This document shows positions 1 through 9,583 of a DNA stretch of 64,000 nucleotides, piece by piece. This DNA comes from Candidatus Rokuibacteriota bacterium (GTDB lineage: Bacteria > Methylomirabilota > Methylomirabilia > Rokubacteriales > CSP1-6). Within the stretch, counting starts at the first letter, position 1, and every line of letters starts with the position of its first letter. The stretch is from positions 12,680 to 76,679 of the forward strand of contig JACQWC010000013.1 in the NCBI GenBank assembly GCA_016209635.1, written 5' to 3'. The notes below the pieces were generated by a model. It made no database searches and was not told the origin of the DNA. It worked only from the letters and a program-made list of their open reading frames with translations. Both the position numbers and the translations under genes were made by a program.

Positions 1-82
1 GCACGTCGAAGGCGCGCTTGGCGCGCGATACGGGCCGGGGCTCGAGGGACGGCACCACGGCCTGGACGGTGGCCACCGTCAT
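1..82 (-). CDS. Partial CDS (first 27 codons; continues past the left window edge): probable priming sugar transferase (bacterial sugar transferase / phosphoglycosyl transferase family)
   Basis: ATG at 82-80 overlaps the TGA (81-79) of the upstream GT4 gene. Hand translation MTVATVQAVVPSLEPRPVSRAKRAFDV ends in the K-R-x-F-D motif that opens the conserved domain of WbaP/PglC-type transferases. Too short for certainty. Confidence 0.4.
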   Translation of the reverse strand, partial: MTVATVQAVVPSLEPRPVSRAKRAFDV

Positions 83-1323
83 CGCCCCGGCGTGTTCGCC
101 ACGCCGCGGAGCAGGCCCTCGTACCGATCGACGGCGCGCGACAGCGACAGCTCCGCCACCGCGAAGCGGCGCGCCTGCCGGCCGAGCGCCTCGGCCCACT
201 GCCGGTCAGCCCGGAACTTCAGGACGGCAGCGGCGAGCGCCTCCGCGTCGCCCGGCGGAACACACAGGCCGGCGCCCGACTCCTCGATGAGCCGCGCCGC
301 GTCCCCGTCACGGTGGAGCGCCGCGAGCACTGGACGCGCCGCGGCCATGATGCTGAGGATCTTCGACGGGACCACCGGCGTGCGCACGCTCGCGTGCAGC
401 GTGGCCAGGCAGACGTCCGAGGCGTCGAGCACCAGCGGGTAGCGGGCCTTCGGCTGCATCGGCAGGAACCGGGCGTTGTCCAGTCTGAGGGCCCGCGCCT
501 TCTCCTCGAGGCGCGCCTTCTCCACGCCGTCGCCCACGATCAGGAACACGACGTCCCGCTCAGCGCGCAGCCGCTGCGCGCAATCGAGCACCGTGTCGAG
601 GTCCTGCGAATAGCCGATGACGCCCGCGAACGAGACAACGAAGTGCTCGGGTCGCAGGCCTAGCCCTGCCCGTAGGTCATTGATGCGTGACCCCGGCCGG
701 ATGGCGTCGGTGTCCACCCAGTTCGGGATGACCGTCACCCTCGTCGGCGGGACGCCCTTGCCGATAACGTGGTCGCGATTGCCCTCGGAGTGCACCGTGA
801 GGTGGGCGGCGCGGCGATACACGAAACGCTCCATGCCCTCGGCGAGCCGGATGGCCCGCCGGCCGGTCAGCAGGCCCAGGTCAATCACGCTCTGCGGGAA
901 GAGGTCCTGGACGTTTAGGACGAACGGGACGCCGCGCAGCCGGTGCAGCGCCCAGCCGGTCAGCCCGAGCGGCAGCGGCGGGGAATAGACGAGCGCTGCC
1001 GACGCCTTCGGCGCCGTCACGCCGGCCGAGAGGAGCGCGGCCGCCTCGCTGAACTGCCACACGGCGCGAAGGAGCGGAATGTTTTGCGGGAGGCGCGGGG
1101 TCGCGGTGCGGATCACCGTTATGCCATCGGTCCGCTCGCACACGCGCAGGCGGCCCCGGTACCGCTCCCCTCCCTCGTCCGCGTAGTAACCGGGGAAACC
1201 GGTCAGAACCGTCACACGATGCCCCCGGCCAGCGAGGGCGGTGCCCAGCTCGGCGAACAAGTGCGACGCAGACCCGTTGTCCGGGGGGAAGTACGCCGTC
1301 ACCAGGAGGAGGTCCAGTGTCAT
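79..1323 (-). CDS. Glycosyltransferase family 4 (GT-B fold, WcaI-like)
   Basis: 414-aa ORF. N-terminus LLLVTAYFPPDNGSASHLFAEL and C-terminal PSKILSIMAAARPVLA...GAGLCVPPGD blocks are typical of GT4. ATG 1323 overlaps the upstream stop (ATGA). Confidence 0.85.
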   Translation of the reverse strand: MTLDLLLVTAYFPPDNGSASHLFAELGTALAGRGHRVTVLTGFPGYYADEGGERYRGRLRVCERTDGITVIRTATPRLPQNIPLLRAVWQFSEAAALLSAGVTAPKASAALVYSPPLPLGLTGWALHRLRGVPFVLNVQDLFPQSVIDLGLLTGRRAIRLAEGMERFVYRRAAHLTVHSEGNRDHVIGKGVPPTRVTVIPNWVDTDAIRPGSRINDLRAGLGLRPEHFVVSFAGVIGYSQDLDTVLDCAQRLRAERDVVFLIVGDGVEKARLEEKARALRLDNARFLPMQPKARYPLVLDASDVCLATLHASVRTPVVPSKILSIMAAARPVLAALHRDGDAARLIEESGAGLCVPPGDAEALAAAVLKFRADRQWAEALGRQARRFAVAELSLSRAVDRYEGLLRGVANTPGR

Positions 1324-3479
1324 CCTGGCGCCACCTCGACCGGCCGCCCCTCGCGCCGGGAGGTCTCGATCGCGAGCGTAGCCAGCGTCGTCGCCACGTA
1401 GGCGGCGAACGGCACGGGCGCGGGCCCGCCCCGCCGGACGGCGTCGAAGAACACCTGCATCTCTCGCCGGTGGCCACGGTCCACGGAGAGCCGCCGCAGG
1501 CGGCGCGTGCGCCCACCCCGCGTTACCGCCGCCCGCGAGAAATCGTCGATCACGCCGGCCGCGCCTCCGCGGAACACCTCGACGCGCTCCCGCGCAAAGG
1601 CCTTGTCGCCGCTCGCCGTGTACACGATGGAGGCGAGTGAGCCGTCAGCGAGCCGCAGCACGACGGCGAGGTCGTCAGCGCGCCCGGCGGCCGTCTCGGC
1701 CTGCACACGCACCACGCGAGCACCAGCGAGCGCCTGGACGAGGTCCACGAAATGGCAGACCTCGCCGAGGACCCGCCCCCCGCCCTCCACCGGATCCTGC
1801 GTCCAGTGGCCAGATGGGATCGCTCCAGCGTTGACGCGGCAGTGGATCACGGCCGACCCCGAGTCGGCCGGCATCTGCTGTCTCATCCACTCGGTGAAAG
1901 GCGAGAAGCGCCGGTTGAAGCCGACCATCACGATGGCGGCTCCGCTCGCGACGTGCGCGGCCTGCACCGCGGCGAGCTCGTCCGGCGTGAGCGCAAGCGG
2001 CTTCTCGACGAAGACGTGCTTGCCGGCCTCCAACGCCTGGATCGCCAGGGCCGCGTGGCTATCGTGCCGGGTGGTGATCAGGACCGCATCAACATCCTTG
2101 TCGGTGATGGCCTGGCGAGAATCGGTCGTGCACGACTCGAAGCCGAACCGGCGGGCGGCGTTCTCGGCGCTGACCCCGCGGGTCGCGGCAACCATGCGCC
2201 ACCGGATGTCCCCGAGGCGCCTGATCACGGGGAGGAGCGTGCCGCGGGCGAACTGCCCCGGCCCGACGAGCGCGATCGACACCACGCGCCCCTGGCGTGG
2301 GCTGTCGGCCGCGGGGGCGACGACGACGTCGACGCGCCGATCGAGCGACGGCGTCCCCGGATAGGTCAGGACCACGCCGAGCGCCTGCTCATGGCGCCGG
2401 TCCGATATCAGCGCGTAGGCGTCCAGCGCACGCTCGATCGGGAACCGGTGCGTCACGAGCCGGTCGAGGTGAAGCTGACCTCGCTCACACAGGGCCAGGA
2501 ACTCCTCGAGGTTCCGGCGTGCCGTCCAGCGCGCGAAGGCGTACGGGTAGTCGAGTCCCCGCTCGATGTACTCCGGGTCGAAGAGGCCGGGGCCCCAGGC
2601 GCGCGAGACGACCAGCTCGAGTTCCCTGTCAAAGAAAATCGCGCGCGGGACGTCGAGACCGACCGTGCCCGTCGCGACGATGCGCCCACGCTCCCGGCAT
2701 GCCTCGGCCGCCAGGCGCAGGGGCTCGTCGCTGTCGGTCGCGGCCAAGATGATAGTGGCATCGACGCCGTGCCCGTCGGTGAAGGCCAGCACCGCCGCCC
2801 CAAGATTGTCACCGTCGCCGGCCACCACGACCTCGGCGCCGTGCTCACGCGCGAGCGCCGCCCGCATCTCGTCCGGGTCGCTGGCCAGCACGTGGGCGCC
2901 GGAGGCCCGGAGCACCTGCACCGCGAGTTGTCCCACGAGGCCGAGCCCGATCACGAGGATCCGGTCGCCGACGGTGACTTTCGCGAGCCGCACCGCGTGG
3001 AGCGCAGTCCCACCGAGCGCGCCGAAGGCCGCGGCGTCGAACGCGACCGCGTCGGGGATGCGTGCGCACAGCGCGGCCGGCACGGCCACCACCTCCGCGT
3101 GAGAGGCGAAACCGGCGCCCGCGCACGCCACCCGCTGCCCGGGGGCGAAGTCACTCACGTCGTCACCGCACTCGAGCACGGTGCCGCTGGATGAGTAACC
3201 CAGCGGCGTCGGCGCCTCCAGCCGTCCCATCGCCTGGCGATACGCCTCGAGCGGCCCTTCGGCCCGCGCCTTGTTGAGCACCTGCCGCACCAGGTCCGGC
3301 CGCGCCAGCGCCTTGCCCAGGAGGGACTTCCGCGCCATCTCGAGCATCGCCCGCTCGGTGCCGACGCTGACGACGGAGGCCGCGGTGGCGACCAGCACTT
3401 CGCCGCGCCGTGGAGCCGGCACCGGCACGTCGCGGACGGAGAGCTCGCCGGTCCGGTAGGACTGCACCACCTGCTTCAC
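1320..3479 (-). CDS. Bi-domain oxidoreductase: MDR/zinc-type alcohol dehydrogenase domain fused to Gfo/Idh/MocA domain
   Basis: ORF track gives 1320-3497. I prefer GTG 3479, which forms a GTGA overlap with the upstream stop, and VKQVVQSYRTGELSV is the usual N-terminus. N-half has the Rossmann segment VIGLGLVGQL; C-half has IALVGPGQFARG...HVFVEKPLAL typical of Gfo/Idh/MocA. Confidence 0.85.
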   Translation of the reverse strand: MKQVVQSYRTGELSVRDVPVPAPRRGEVLVATAASVVSVGTERAMLEMARKSLLGKALARPDLVRQVLNKARAEGPLEAYRQAMGRLEAPTPLGYSSSGTVLECGDDVSDFAPGQRVACAGAGFASHAEVVAVPAALCARIPDAVAFDAAAFGALGGTALHAVRLAKVTVGDRILVIGLGLVGQLAVQVLRASGAHVLASDPDEMRAALAREHGAEVVVAGDGDNLGAAVLAFTDGHGVDATIILAATDSDEPLRLAAEACRERGRIVATGTVGLDVPRAIFFDRELELVVSRAWGPGLFDPEYIERGLDYPYAFARWTARRNLEEFLALCERGQLHLDRLVTHRFPIERALDAYALISDRRHEQALGVVLTYPGTPSLDRRVDVVVAPAADSPRQGRVVSIALVGPGQFARGTLLPVIRRLGDIRWRMVAATRGVSAENAARRFGFESCTTDSRQAITDKDVDAVLITTRHDSHAALAIQALEAGKHVFVEKPLALTPDELAAVQAAHVASGAAIVMVGFNRRFSPFTEWMRQQMPADSGSAVIHCRVNAGAIPSGHWTQDPVEGGGRVLGEVCHFVDLVQALAGARVVRVQAETAAGRADDLAVVLRLADGSLASIVYTASGDKAFARERVEVFRGGAAGVIDDFSRAAVTRGGRTRRLRRLSVDRGHRREMQVFFDAVRRGGPAPVPFAAYVATTLATLAIETSRREGRPVEVAPG

Positions 3480-4555
3480 GCCGCCCCCACCCGCCACACC
3501 GAGGTGACCTCATCGTTGTCGCGCACCGCCACGCCGGTGGCAGCCAGTAGCCCACGGTCGCTCCGGCCCGATGCGAAGACGATGTTGGGGTACTGGAACA
3601 GCCGCCCTGGCCACCGGTCACGGCGCCACGCGAGCAGCTGCTGCCAGCCGTCGGCCTCCGAGCCGCCGTAGAGACGGGCGAGAGGCGAGGTGTTCCGTCG
3701 GCTCGGCTCCACCGCCGTTGAGAAGAACACGCGCCCACCCGCCTGGGCGCTCCAGAAGCAGGAGCCGCTGATGGGCGCAAGCCGCTGCAGGTCCCCCCGG
3801 CGATCGAGCCGGTAGATCCAGTTTTGTTCGGCGGGCGTGTCGGTCGCGAAGTAGAGCGCCTCCGGCGTCGGCTGCAGCGTCACCGCGCGCGCCTGCTGGC
3901 TTCCTTCCACGACGGTCTCGCACCGCCGCCAGTCCGGCGAGACCTTCCAGATTGCGCTCTCGCGGTCGTCGTCGCCGGTGAGCACCCAGAGACAGTCAGC
4001 GAACCCGTCGTAGACGACGCCGTGCACGTGCCGGACCACGCCGGCGGCAAACGTGTGCACGATGTCCCAGTGCTGGCCGCCGTCGCGCGATCCGTAGACG
4101 TGCACCGCCTCGCGATGCGGATTCGAGAAGTACTCGCCCCAGAAGACGTGGCCCTGGGGGGTGACGGCGAGCGCGAGTGGGCGCGTCCCCCGTGTCACCC
4201 GGTGGGTCACCTCGAAGCGCGCCCCGCCGGCCCGCAACACCACGATGGCGCCGGCCACGGCGGCGACCAGCGTGCCGTCCGGCAGCGTCGCCAGCGCGTG
4301 AAACCCGTCGCGGAACAGCCGCGCGGTCGGGCGCCAGCGCCCGGTCGCGCGCCGCCAGGGCCTAGCGTCGAACCGGCCGACGGGTGCCGGAGGCACGCCG
4401 GCCCCAGGGTCGAGACGGAAGAGGCGGTATCCCGACGACACGTACAACGCCCCGCCGTTCCACGCCAGCGCGCGCAGGCCACGCAGCCGCACGACCGGCT
4501 CCAGCCGGGGCAGGACGCTATCGCGTGACGAGACAGTGGCCAAGCGCGAGCGCAT
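3476..4555 (-). CDS. Hypothetical protein, probable beta-propeller with a BNR/Asp-box motif
   Basis: 359-aa ORF in the operon frame with no obvious TM segment. It has one clear Asp-box (SRDGGQHW) and a strand-rich repetitive pattern. Function not assignable from sequence. Confidence 0.6.
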   Translation of the reverse strand: MRSRLATVSSRDSVLPRLEPVVRLRGLRALAWNGGALYVSSGYRLFRLDPGAGVPPAPVGRFDARPWRRATGRWRPTARLFRDGFHALATLPDGTLVAAVAGAIVVLRAGGARFEVTHRVTRGTRPLALAVTPQGHVFWGEYFSNPHREAVHVYGSRDGGQHWDIVHTFAAGVVRHVHGVVYDGFADCLWVLTGDDDRESAIWKVSPDWRRCETVVEGSQQARAVTLQPTPEALYFATDTPAEQNWIYRLDRRGDLQRLAPISGSCFWSAQAGGRVFFSTAVEPSRRNTSPLARLYGGSEADGWQQLLAWRRDRWPGRLFQYPNIVFASGRSDRGLLAATGVAVRDNDEVTSVWRVGAA

Positions 4556-6242
4556 CCATGCGCGTACGCAGGAAGCACTCGATGGCCTCCTCGGGCGCGC
4601 ACACGATCGGTTCGTTCTCGTTGAAGGACGTGTTGAGGACCACCGGCACGCCGGTGAGCCCGGCGAACTCCTTGATGAGCTGCCAGTACATTGGGTTGTC
4701 CTCTCGCCGAACGGTCTGCAGCCGCCCGCTGCCGTCCACGTGCGTCACGGCCGGGATCGTCGACCGCCGCTCCGGCCGGACGCCGTAGATCTTGACCATG
4801 AATGGCTCCGGGTATGTCTGGTCAAAGTACTCCCCCACCGACTCGAGGAGGATCGAGGGCGCGAACGGCCGGAACGGCTCCCGGTGCTTCACGCGGGCAT
4901 TGAGCACGTCCTTCATCTCGGCGCGCCGCGGGTCGGCGACGATGCTGCGATTGCCGAGCGCGCGGGGCCCCCACTCCATCCGGCCCTGGAACCAGCCGAC
5001 CACCTTGCCGTCCGCCACGGTCGCTGCCACGCGCCGCGCCAGGGACTCCTCGTCGAGCCGCTGGAAGGGAAGGCCGTGCCGGGCGAGCGCCCGCTCGACG
5101 GCGGCCGCGTCGTACGCCGGCCCCGTGTAGGAGCGCTCCAGCACGAAGCCGCGCGGTGCGCCGAGCACCTGATGAAGGATGTAGTAGCAGACGCCCATGG
5201 CCGTCCCCGCGTCGTTCGCCGCCGGCTGAACGAAGACGTCGCCGAAGTCCGTGGCGGACAGGATCTTACCGTTGAACGCGCTGTTGAGAGCCACGCCACC
5301 GGCCAGACAGATAGCACGCAGCCGGGTCTCGGCCGCCAGCCTCCGCACGAGTGCGAACTCCGCTTCCTCGAGGACGGCCTGGAGGGACGCCGCCACGTTC
5401 GCGTGATGCGCGGTCAGCTCGCCCCGGTACCCACGCGGCGGGCCCAGCGCCGCGACCAGCTTCGGCGAGTACATCGTGCCGACCTCGGGCTCGCCGTCGT
5501 CCCACGTGAGCGAGACCTCGCCCCGTTGGTGGAGGAAGTAGTCGAGGTCCAGCTCGAACGTCCCGTCCCGCGCGACGCGCAGGATGCGCCGGAAGAGGTC
5601 GAGGAAGACTGGCTCGCCCAGCGGGGCCAGCCCCATTACCTTGCCCTCGTCTCCGTACTTCGGGAACCCGAGCCACTGCGAGACCGCGGTGTAGAGGAAC
5701 CCGAGCGAGTGCGGGAAGTTGATCTCGCCGTCCACCTTGATCTGGCCGTCGCGCCCTACGCCCCACATGGTGCTGACGAAGTCGCCCATGCCGTCCACCG
5801 AGAGCACGACCGCCTCGCTGAACGGCGAGACGAAGAAGGCGCTGGCCATGTGGGCCAGATGGTGCTCGACGTGATGGAACTCGGCCTTCAGGTCCGAAGG
5901 CGCCACCCGCACGGCCTCGCAGAACGTCGCCTTGAGGTCGCGCAACCGGACGGCCTGTGCGAGGCGGCTCTTCAGGAAGTCGAGCCGGGGACGGCCGGAG
6001 AGCGCGAACTTCGCCTTCTTCAAGAGATTCGCCGACGGGTCGCGCGAGATCCCCACGTGATCGAGGTCCGCGACGGTCATGCCCCCCTCGCGCAGGCAGA
6101 ACTCGATCGAGCGCGTCGGGAAGCCCGCCCAGTACTTCACCCGGCGCAGGCGCTCCTCCTCGATCGCCGCCACGGGAACGCCGTCCCGTACCAGGCAGGC
6201 CGAGGAGCCGCCGTGGTAGGCGTTGATCCCGAGGATGTTCAT
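4518..6242 (-). CDS. Carbamoyltransferase (NodU/CmcH family)
   Basis: 574 aa. N-terminus MNILGINAYHGGSSACLVRDG and the overall layout (ASKHA-like N-domain, YrdC-like C-part) are characteristic of NodU/CmcH O-carbamoyltransferases. ATG 6242 overlaps the ACP stop (ATGA). Confidence 0.9.
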   Translation of the reverse strand: MNILGINAYHGGSSACLVRDGVPVAAIEEERLRRVKYWAGFPTRSIEFCLREGGMTVADLDHVGISRDPSANLLKKAKFALSGRPRLDFLKSRLAQAVRLRDLKATFCEAVRVAPSDLKAEFHHVEHHLAHMASAFFVSPFSEAVVLSVDGMGDFVSTMWGVGRDGQIKVDGEINFPHSLGFLYTAVSQWLGFPKYGDEGKVMGLAPLGEPVFLDLFRRILRVARDGTFELDLDYFLHQRGEVSLTWDDGEPEVGTMYSPKLVAALGPPRGYRGELTAHHANVAASLQAVLEEAEFALVRRLAAETRLRAICLAGGVALNSAFNGKILSATDFGDVFVQPAANDAGTAMGVCYYILHQVLGAPRGFVLERSYTGPAYDAAAVERALARHGLPFQRLDEESLARRVAATVADGKVVGWFQGRMEWGPRALGNRSIVADPRRAEMKDVLNARVKHREPFRPFAPSILLESVGEYFDQTYPEPFMVKIYGVRPERRSTIPAVTHVDGSGRLQTVRREDNPMYWQLIKEFAGLTGVPVVLNTSFNENEPIVCAPEEAIECFLRTRMDALALGHCLVTR

Positions 6243-6496
6243 CGCGCCGCGGCGGCCCCGACGCGCTCGACCATGGCGAGCATCTCCCTCACGGTCTCGA
6301 AGTGCTCGGGACGCGCCTTGCCCCTCGGGATGCGTCGCCCGGTCACGCGCTCCACCGCAAGGAGCAACTCTACCAGCGCGAACGAGTCGATGAGACCGGA
6401 GGACAGGAGGGGCGTGTCCTCCGCGAGCGGGAGCCCGGGATCCTTGATCAGCGTCGTCCTCAAGAAGGCGATGATCTGGCCCGCCCTAGCGTCCAA
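6239..6496 (-). CDS. Acyl/peptidyl carrier protein
   Basis: 85 aa. Phosphopantetheine-attachment motif GLIDSFALVELL (Ser of DSF). Non-ATG (TTG) start as given by the ORF track, overlapping the end of the ligase gene by 11 nt. Confidence 0.8.
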   Translation of the reverse strand: MDARAGQIIAFLRTTLIKDPGLPLAEDTPLLSSGLIDSFALVELLLAVERVTGRRIPRGKARPEHFETVREMLAMVERVGAAAAR

Positions 6497-8195
6497 GCGA
6501 TCCCTCGGTGTCCAGCTCCGGATGCTCCTGGAGGAATTTCCGCCGGTTCGTCGAACGTGCCGGCTTGCCAGCCGTGCTCTTGACCATCCAGCGCGGCGGG
6601 ACGACCCAGACGACCCGCGGCGCGACTCCCAGGTGATTCGTCAACCGCCTTCGCACCTCCAGCTCGATCTCCCGCTTCCGAACCAGCCGGTCCGCGTGCT
6701 CGGCTTCGACGACCACCACGATGTCATGGGTGCCCAGGGACGGATTGCGCACACCGAACGCCACCGCCCTGCCGTCGTGGACGTCAGGGTGGCCGCACGC
6801 GACCTCTTCGATATCCTGGGGATGAAAATTCTCCCCGCCGACAATGATTACATCATCCTTCCGTCCAAGCACGTACAGGTTTCTGTCGAGGACGAACCCT
6901 AGGTCCCCGCTGTGGTACCAGCCTTCCCGCAGGGCCCGCCCTGTGAGGTCGGGACGGTTGAAGTACCCCTGGAACAGCGAGTCGCTCCGGATCAGGATCT
7001 CCCCCACTCGCCCGGGCGCCAGCTCCTCCCCGTCGTCGCGCACGATGCGGATCAGGTTGCCGGGCAGGCACTCGCCGGACGAGACGAGCGTCAGCGCGGC
7101 TGGCGGGTCCGCCGGAACCCGTGTGACGACGCCCTCGCGTCGGAGCGCTTCGCCGTCCACGGTCACCGCCGGCGGGCCCGCCGGCGCGCCCGGCCTAGAG
7201 TGGGTCACCGCAAACGTGTTCTCCGCCATCGCGTAGCAGGTGGCCAGCGCCTCGCGGCGGAAGCCGGACGGCTCGTAGGCCGCGACGAACTCGTCGAGAC
7301 TCCGCTGGAGCACCGGCTCCGAGCAGTTGACCACGGCCCTGAGCGAGCGGAGGTCCAGCCCGGTCTTGTATTCCTCAGGGACGCGCCGCGCGAGGAACTG
7401 GAACGCGAAGTTCGGCAGCCAGCACAGCGTCGCGCGGTGGCGTGTAGCCAGCTCGAGGAGGCTCGATGGTTGCACGACCCAGTCGGTAGGTGACAGCAAG
7501 ACCAGGCGCAGGTGGCACGCGAGCGAGAGGACGAGGCACGCGATGAGGCCCATGTCGTGATAGAGCGGGAGCCAGCTCACGATGCAGTCGTCCCGCCCGA
7601 CCCCGAGCGCGTCCGAGAGATGACGGAGCTGCGCCAGCACCGACCGGTGCGAGAGCGAGACTCCCTTCTGGAGGCCGGTGGTCCCGGCCGAGTGCTGGAT
7701 GAAGGCGATGTCGCCAGGACCGGCGGCGTGCGTCCGGGCTGGCTCCTCGCACGCCGACGGCTCTCGATCGGCGAAGACGACTGGGGCCAACTCACCGATC
7801 AGCCCAGAGAGGTGGGCAGGGAACTCCCGGTCGAGCACGACGGCGCGCGCCTGGAGGTTGCGCGACACTCCCGCGAGGCCGTCGCGGTACTTCGCCGGAT
7901 CGGCCTTGAATGTCGGGTATGCGAGGATCGCCGGCACCTGACCGCCCAGGAGGGCGCCCACGAACGAGGCCAAGAGGGGGATCCCCTGCGGCAGAACGAG
8001 AATGACCCGATCGCCCGGCCCGAGTCCCCCAGCCTCCAGCCGCGCCCGGTAACGCTGCGCCAGGGCGAGGAACTCGCCCCAGGTCAGCGTCTCCTCCTCG
8101 GGTGACCGCTCCGGCGACCACATCGTGACGAAGCGACGCGCCGCGGGCGCTGCGAGCAACGCCTCGACGAGCGTCGTGCACCCCTGCGGGATCAT
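6486..8195 (-). CDS. Fatty acyl-AMP ligase (FAAL-type adenylate-forming enzyme)
   Basis: The ORF track extends to 8666 across the MBOAT gene, but the ATG at 8195 (MIPQGC...) sits 2 nt after the MBOAT stop. AMP-binding motifs are present (IQHSAGTTGLQKGV, GWYHSGDLG, GRKDD), together with the FAAL-type LPLYHDMGL motif. Confidence 0.85.
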   Translation of the reverse strand: MIPQGCTTLVEALLAAPAARRFVTMWSPERSPEEETLTWGEFLALAQRYRARLEAGGLGPGDRVILVLPQGIPLLASFVGALLGGQVPAILAYPTFKADPAKYRDGLAGVSRNLQARAVVLDREFPAHLSGLIGELAPVVFADREPSACEEPARTHAAGPGDIAFIQHSAGTTGLQKGVSLSHRSVLAQLRHLSDALGVGRDDCIVSWLPLYHDMGLIACLVLSLACHLRLVLLSPTDWVVQPSSLLELATRHRATLCWLPNFAFQFLARRVPEEYKTGLDLRSLRAVVNCSEPVLQRSLDEFVAAYEPSGFRREALATCYAMAENTFAVTHSRPGAPAGPPAVTVDGEALRREGVVTRVPADPPAALTLVSSGECLPGNLIRIVRDDGEELAPGRVGEILIRSDSLFQGYFNRPDLTGRALREGWYHSGDLGFVLDRNLYVLGRKDDVIIVGGENFHPQDIEEVACGHPDVHDGRAVAFGVRNPSLGTHDIVVVVEAEHADRLVRKREIELEVRRRLTNHLGVAPRVVWVVPPRWMVKSTAGKPARSTNRRKFLQEHPELDTEGSLGR

Positions 8196-8197
8196 CC

Positions 8198-9583
8198 TCA
8201 GAACTGGAAGTACACGAACACCGACGACTGGTGGCTCCAGATGATGACCGCGATGACGAGCGCGCCGTAGTATGCCGGCCGTAGGACGGTCACGAGCCCA
8301 TCGACGCGGCGCGACGTCGCGAGCCGCGCGGCGATCCCGCGGCTCCAGCCGTACGCAAAGTACAGAGCCGCCACCAGCGCCACGAGGATGTAGAAGTTCG
8401 GCCGGAGCGAGAACGTCGCGTAACTCCACGGCGCCAGCAGGGCGCGCGTCAGCGCCCAGGCCTGGGCGAGATCGGCCGACCTGAACAGGAGCCATCCGTA
8501 CGACACGAGCAAGAACGTCGACACCCACGCGACGCTCTGCCACGCCGCGCGGAGCGCCGCCGGCGCGCCGCGTCCCGGCAGCCACGGCTGGACGGCGCGG
8601 TGGGCGACCTGCAGGAGCCCGTGATACAGCCCCCAGGCGACGAAGGTCCAGCCGACCCCGTGCCACATCCCGAATACCAGCATCGAGACGATCACGGCGA
8701 GATAGCGTCCCGGAGCATGCGGCAGGGCCGTGGCCAAGGGAAAGAACAGGTAGTCACGAATCCACCGCGACAGCGACATATGCCAGCGGCTCCAGAACGC
8801 CGCCGGTGAGTCGGCGAGGTAGGGGTGGTCGAAGTTCTCGGGCAGCCGGATGCCGAGCAGCCGCGCCGATCCGATCGCCACGTTGGAGTAGCCGGCGAAG
8901 TCGAAATAGAGCTGCAGCCCGAAGCCGATCGCCAGGAACCACGCGTCGATGCCGCTCCAGCCGCTGGCGAGACGATCGAACCCGAACGTCACGCCCTCCC
9001 CGACCTGGATCCCGGTCGCGAGCGTGTCGGCCACGACCATCTTCATGAAGAGGCCGGTCAGGATCTGGCGCGCGCCGACGGCCAGATCGTCCCACGAGGG
9101 ACGGCCGAGCGACCGAAGCTGCGGCACGATCCCGTGGACCCGTGTGATCGGACCGGCGAGCACCGTCGGCCAGAAAGCCATGTAGACCGCGAACTCGAGC
9201 AGCGTCGGCCGCGTGTCGTCCTCTCGGTACGTATCGATGAGATGGCTGAGTCCCTGGAAGGTGAAGAACGAGAGACCCACGGGGAGGGCGATCCGCTCCG
9301 ACCAGACGCCGCCGTACTTGAAGGCGCCCAGCAGCGCCACGTTCAAGGCGATGCCGCAGGCGAGGCTCCAGGCCGCCGGCCATCGCCGGATGACGATGGC
9401 CGCGCCGTGGTTGAGCAGGGTGCTCGCCAGGAGGAGCAGCGGAAGCCACACCCCCCAGGTGGCGTAGAAGAGGTAACTCAGAGCGAGCACCCCGAGCAGT
9501 CGTCGCCGCACCACGCCGGGCGCCGCGGCGACGGCGCACGCGACCGGCAGGAAGATCCAGTAGGACAGCGACTGGAACGTCAT
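8198..9583 (-). CDS. MBOAT family membrane O-acyltransferase (AlgI/DltB-like)
   Basis: 461 aa, polytopic. Conserved MBOAT region FWSRWHMSLSRWIRDYLFFPL...FGMWHG. ATG 9583 overlaps the upstream stop (ATGA). Confidence 0.9.
   Translation of the reverse strand: MTFQSLSYWIFLPVACAVAAAPGVVRRRLLGVLALSYLFYATWGVWLPLLLLASTLLNHGAAIVIRRWPAAWSLACGIALNVALLGAFKYGGVWSERIALPVGLSFFTFQGLSHLIDTYREDDTRPTLLEFAVYMAFWPTVLAGPITRVHGIVPQLRSLGRPSWDDLAVGARQILTGLFMKMVVADTLATGIQVGEGVTFGFDRLASGWSGIDAWFLAIGFGLQLYFDFAGYSNVAIGSARLLGIRLPENFDHPYLADSPAAFWSRWHMSLSRWIRDYLFFPLATALPHAPGRYLAVIVSMLVFGMWHGVGWTFVAWGLYHGLLQVAHRAVQPWLPGRGAPAALRAAWQSVAWVSTFLLVSYGWLLFRSADLAQAWALTRALLAPWSYATFSLRPNFYILVALVAALYFAYGWSRGIAARLATSRRVDGLVTVLRPAYYGALVIAVIIWSHQSSVFVYFQF

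Noticed and set aside
1752-3194. 480-aa plus-strand ORF opposite the bi-domain oxidoreductase gene
   Set aside because: Arg/Pro/Gly-rich low-complexity translation typical of antisense shadow ORFs in high-GC DNA. The minus-strand gene has clear domain motifs.
4536-6902. 788-aa plus-strand ORF spanning the carbamoyltransferase, ACP and ligase genes
   Set aside because: Same shadow-ORF character, with no recognisable motifs. It overlaps three well-supported minus-strand genes.
8196-8666. N-terminal 157-codon extension of the ligase ORF (6486-8666)
   Set aside because: It lies entirely inside the MBOAT gene in another frame and is Arg-rich. ATG 8195, directly after the MBOAT stop, gives a normal ligase N-terminus.
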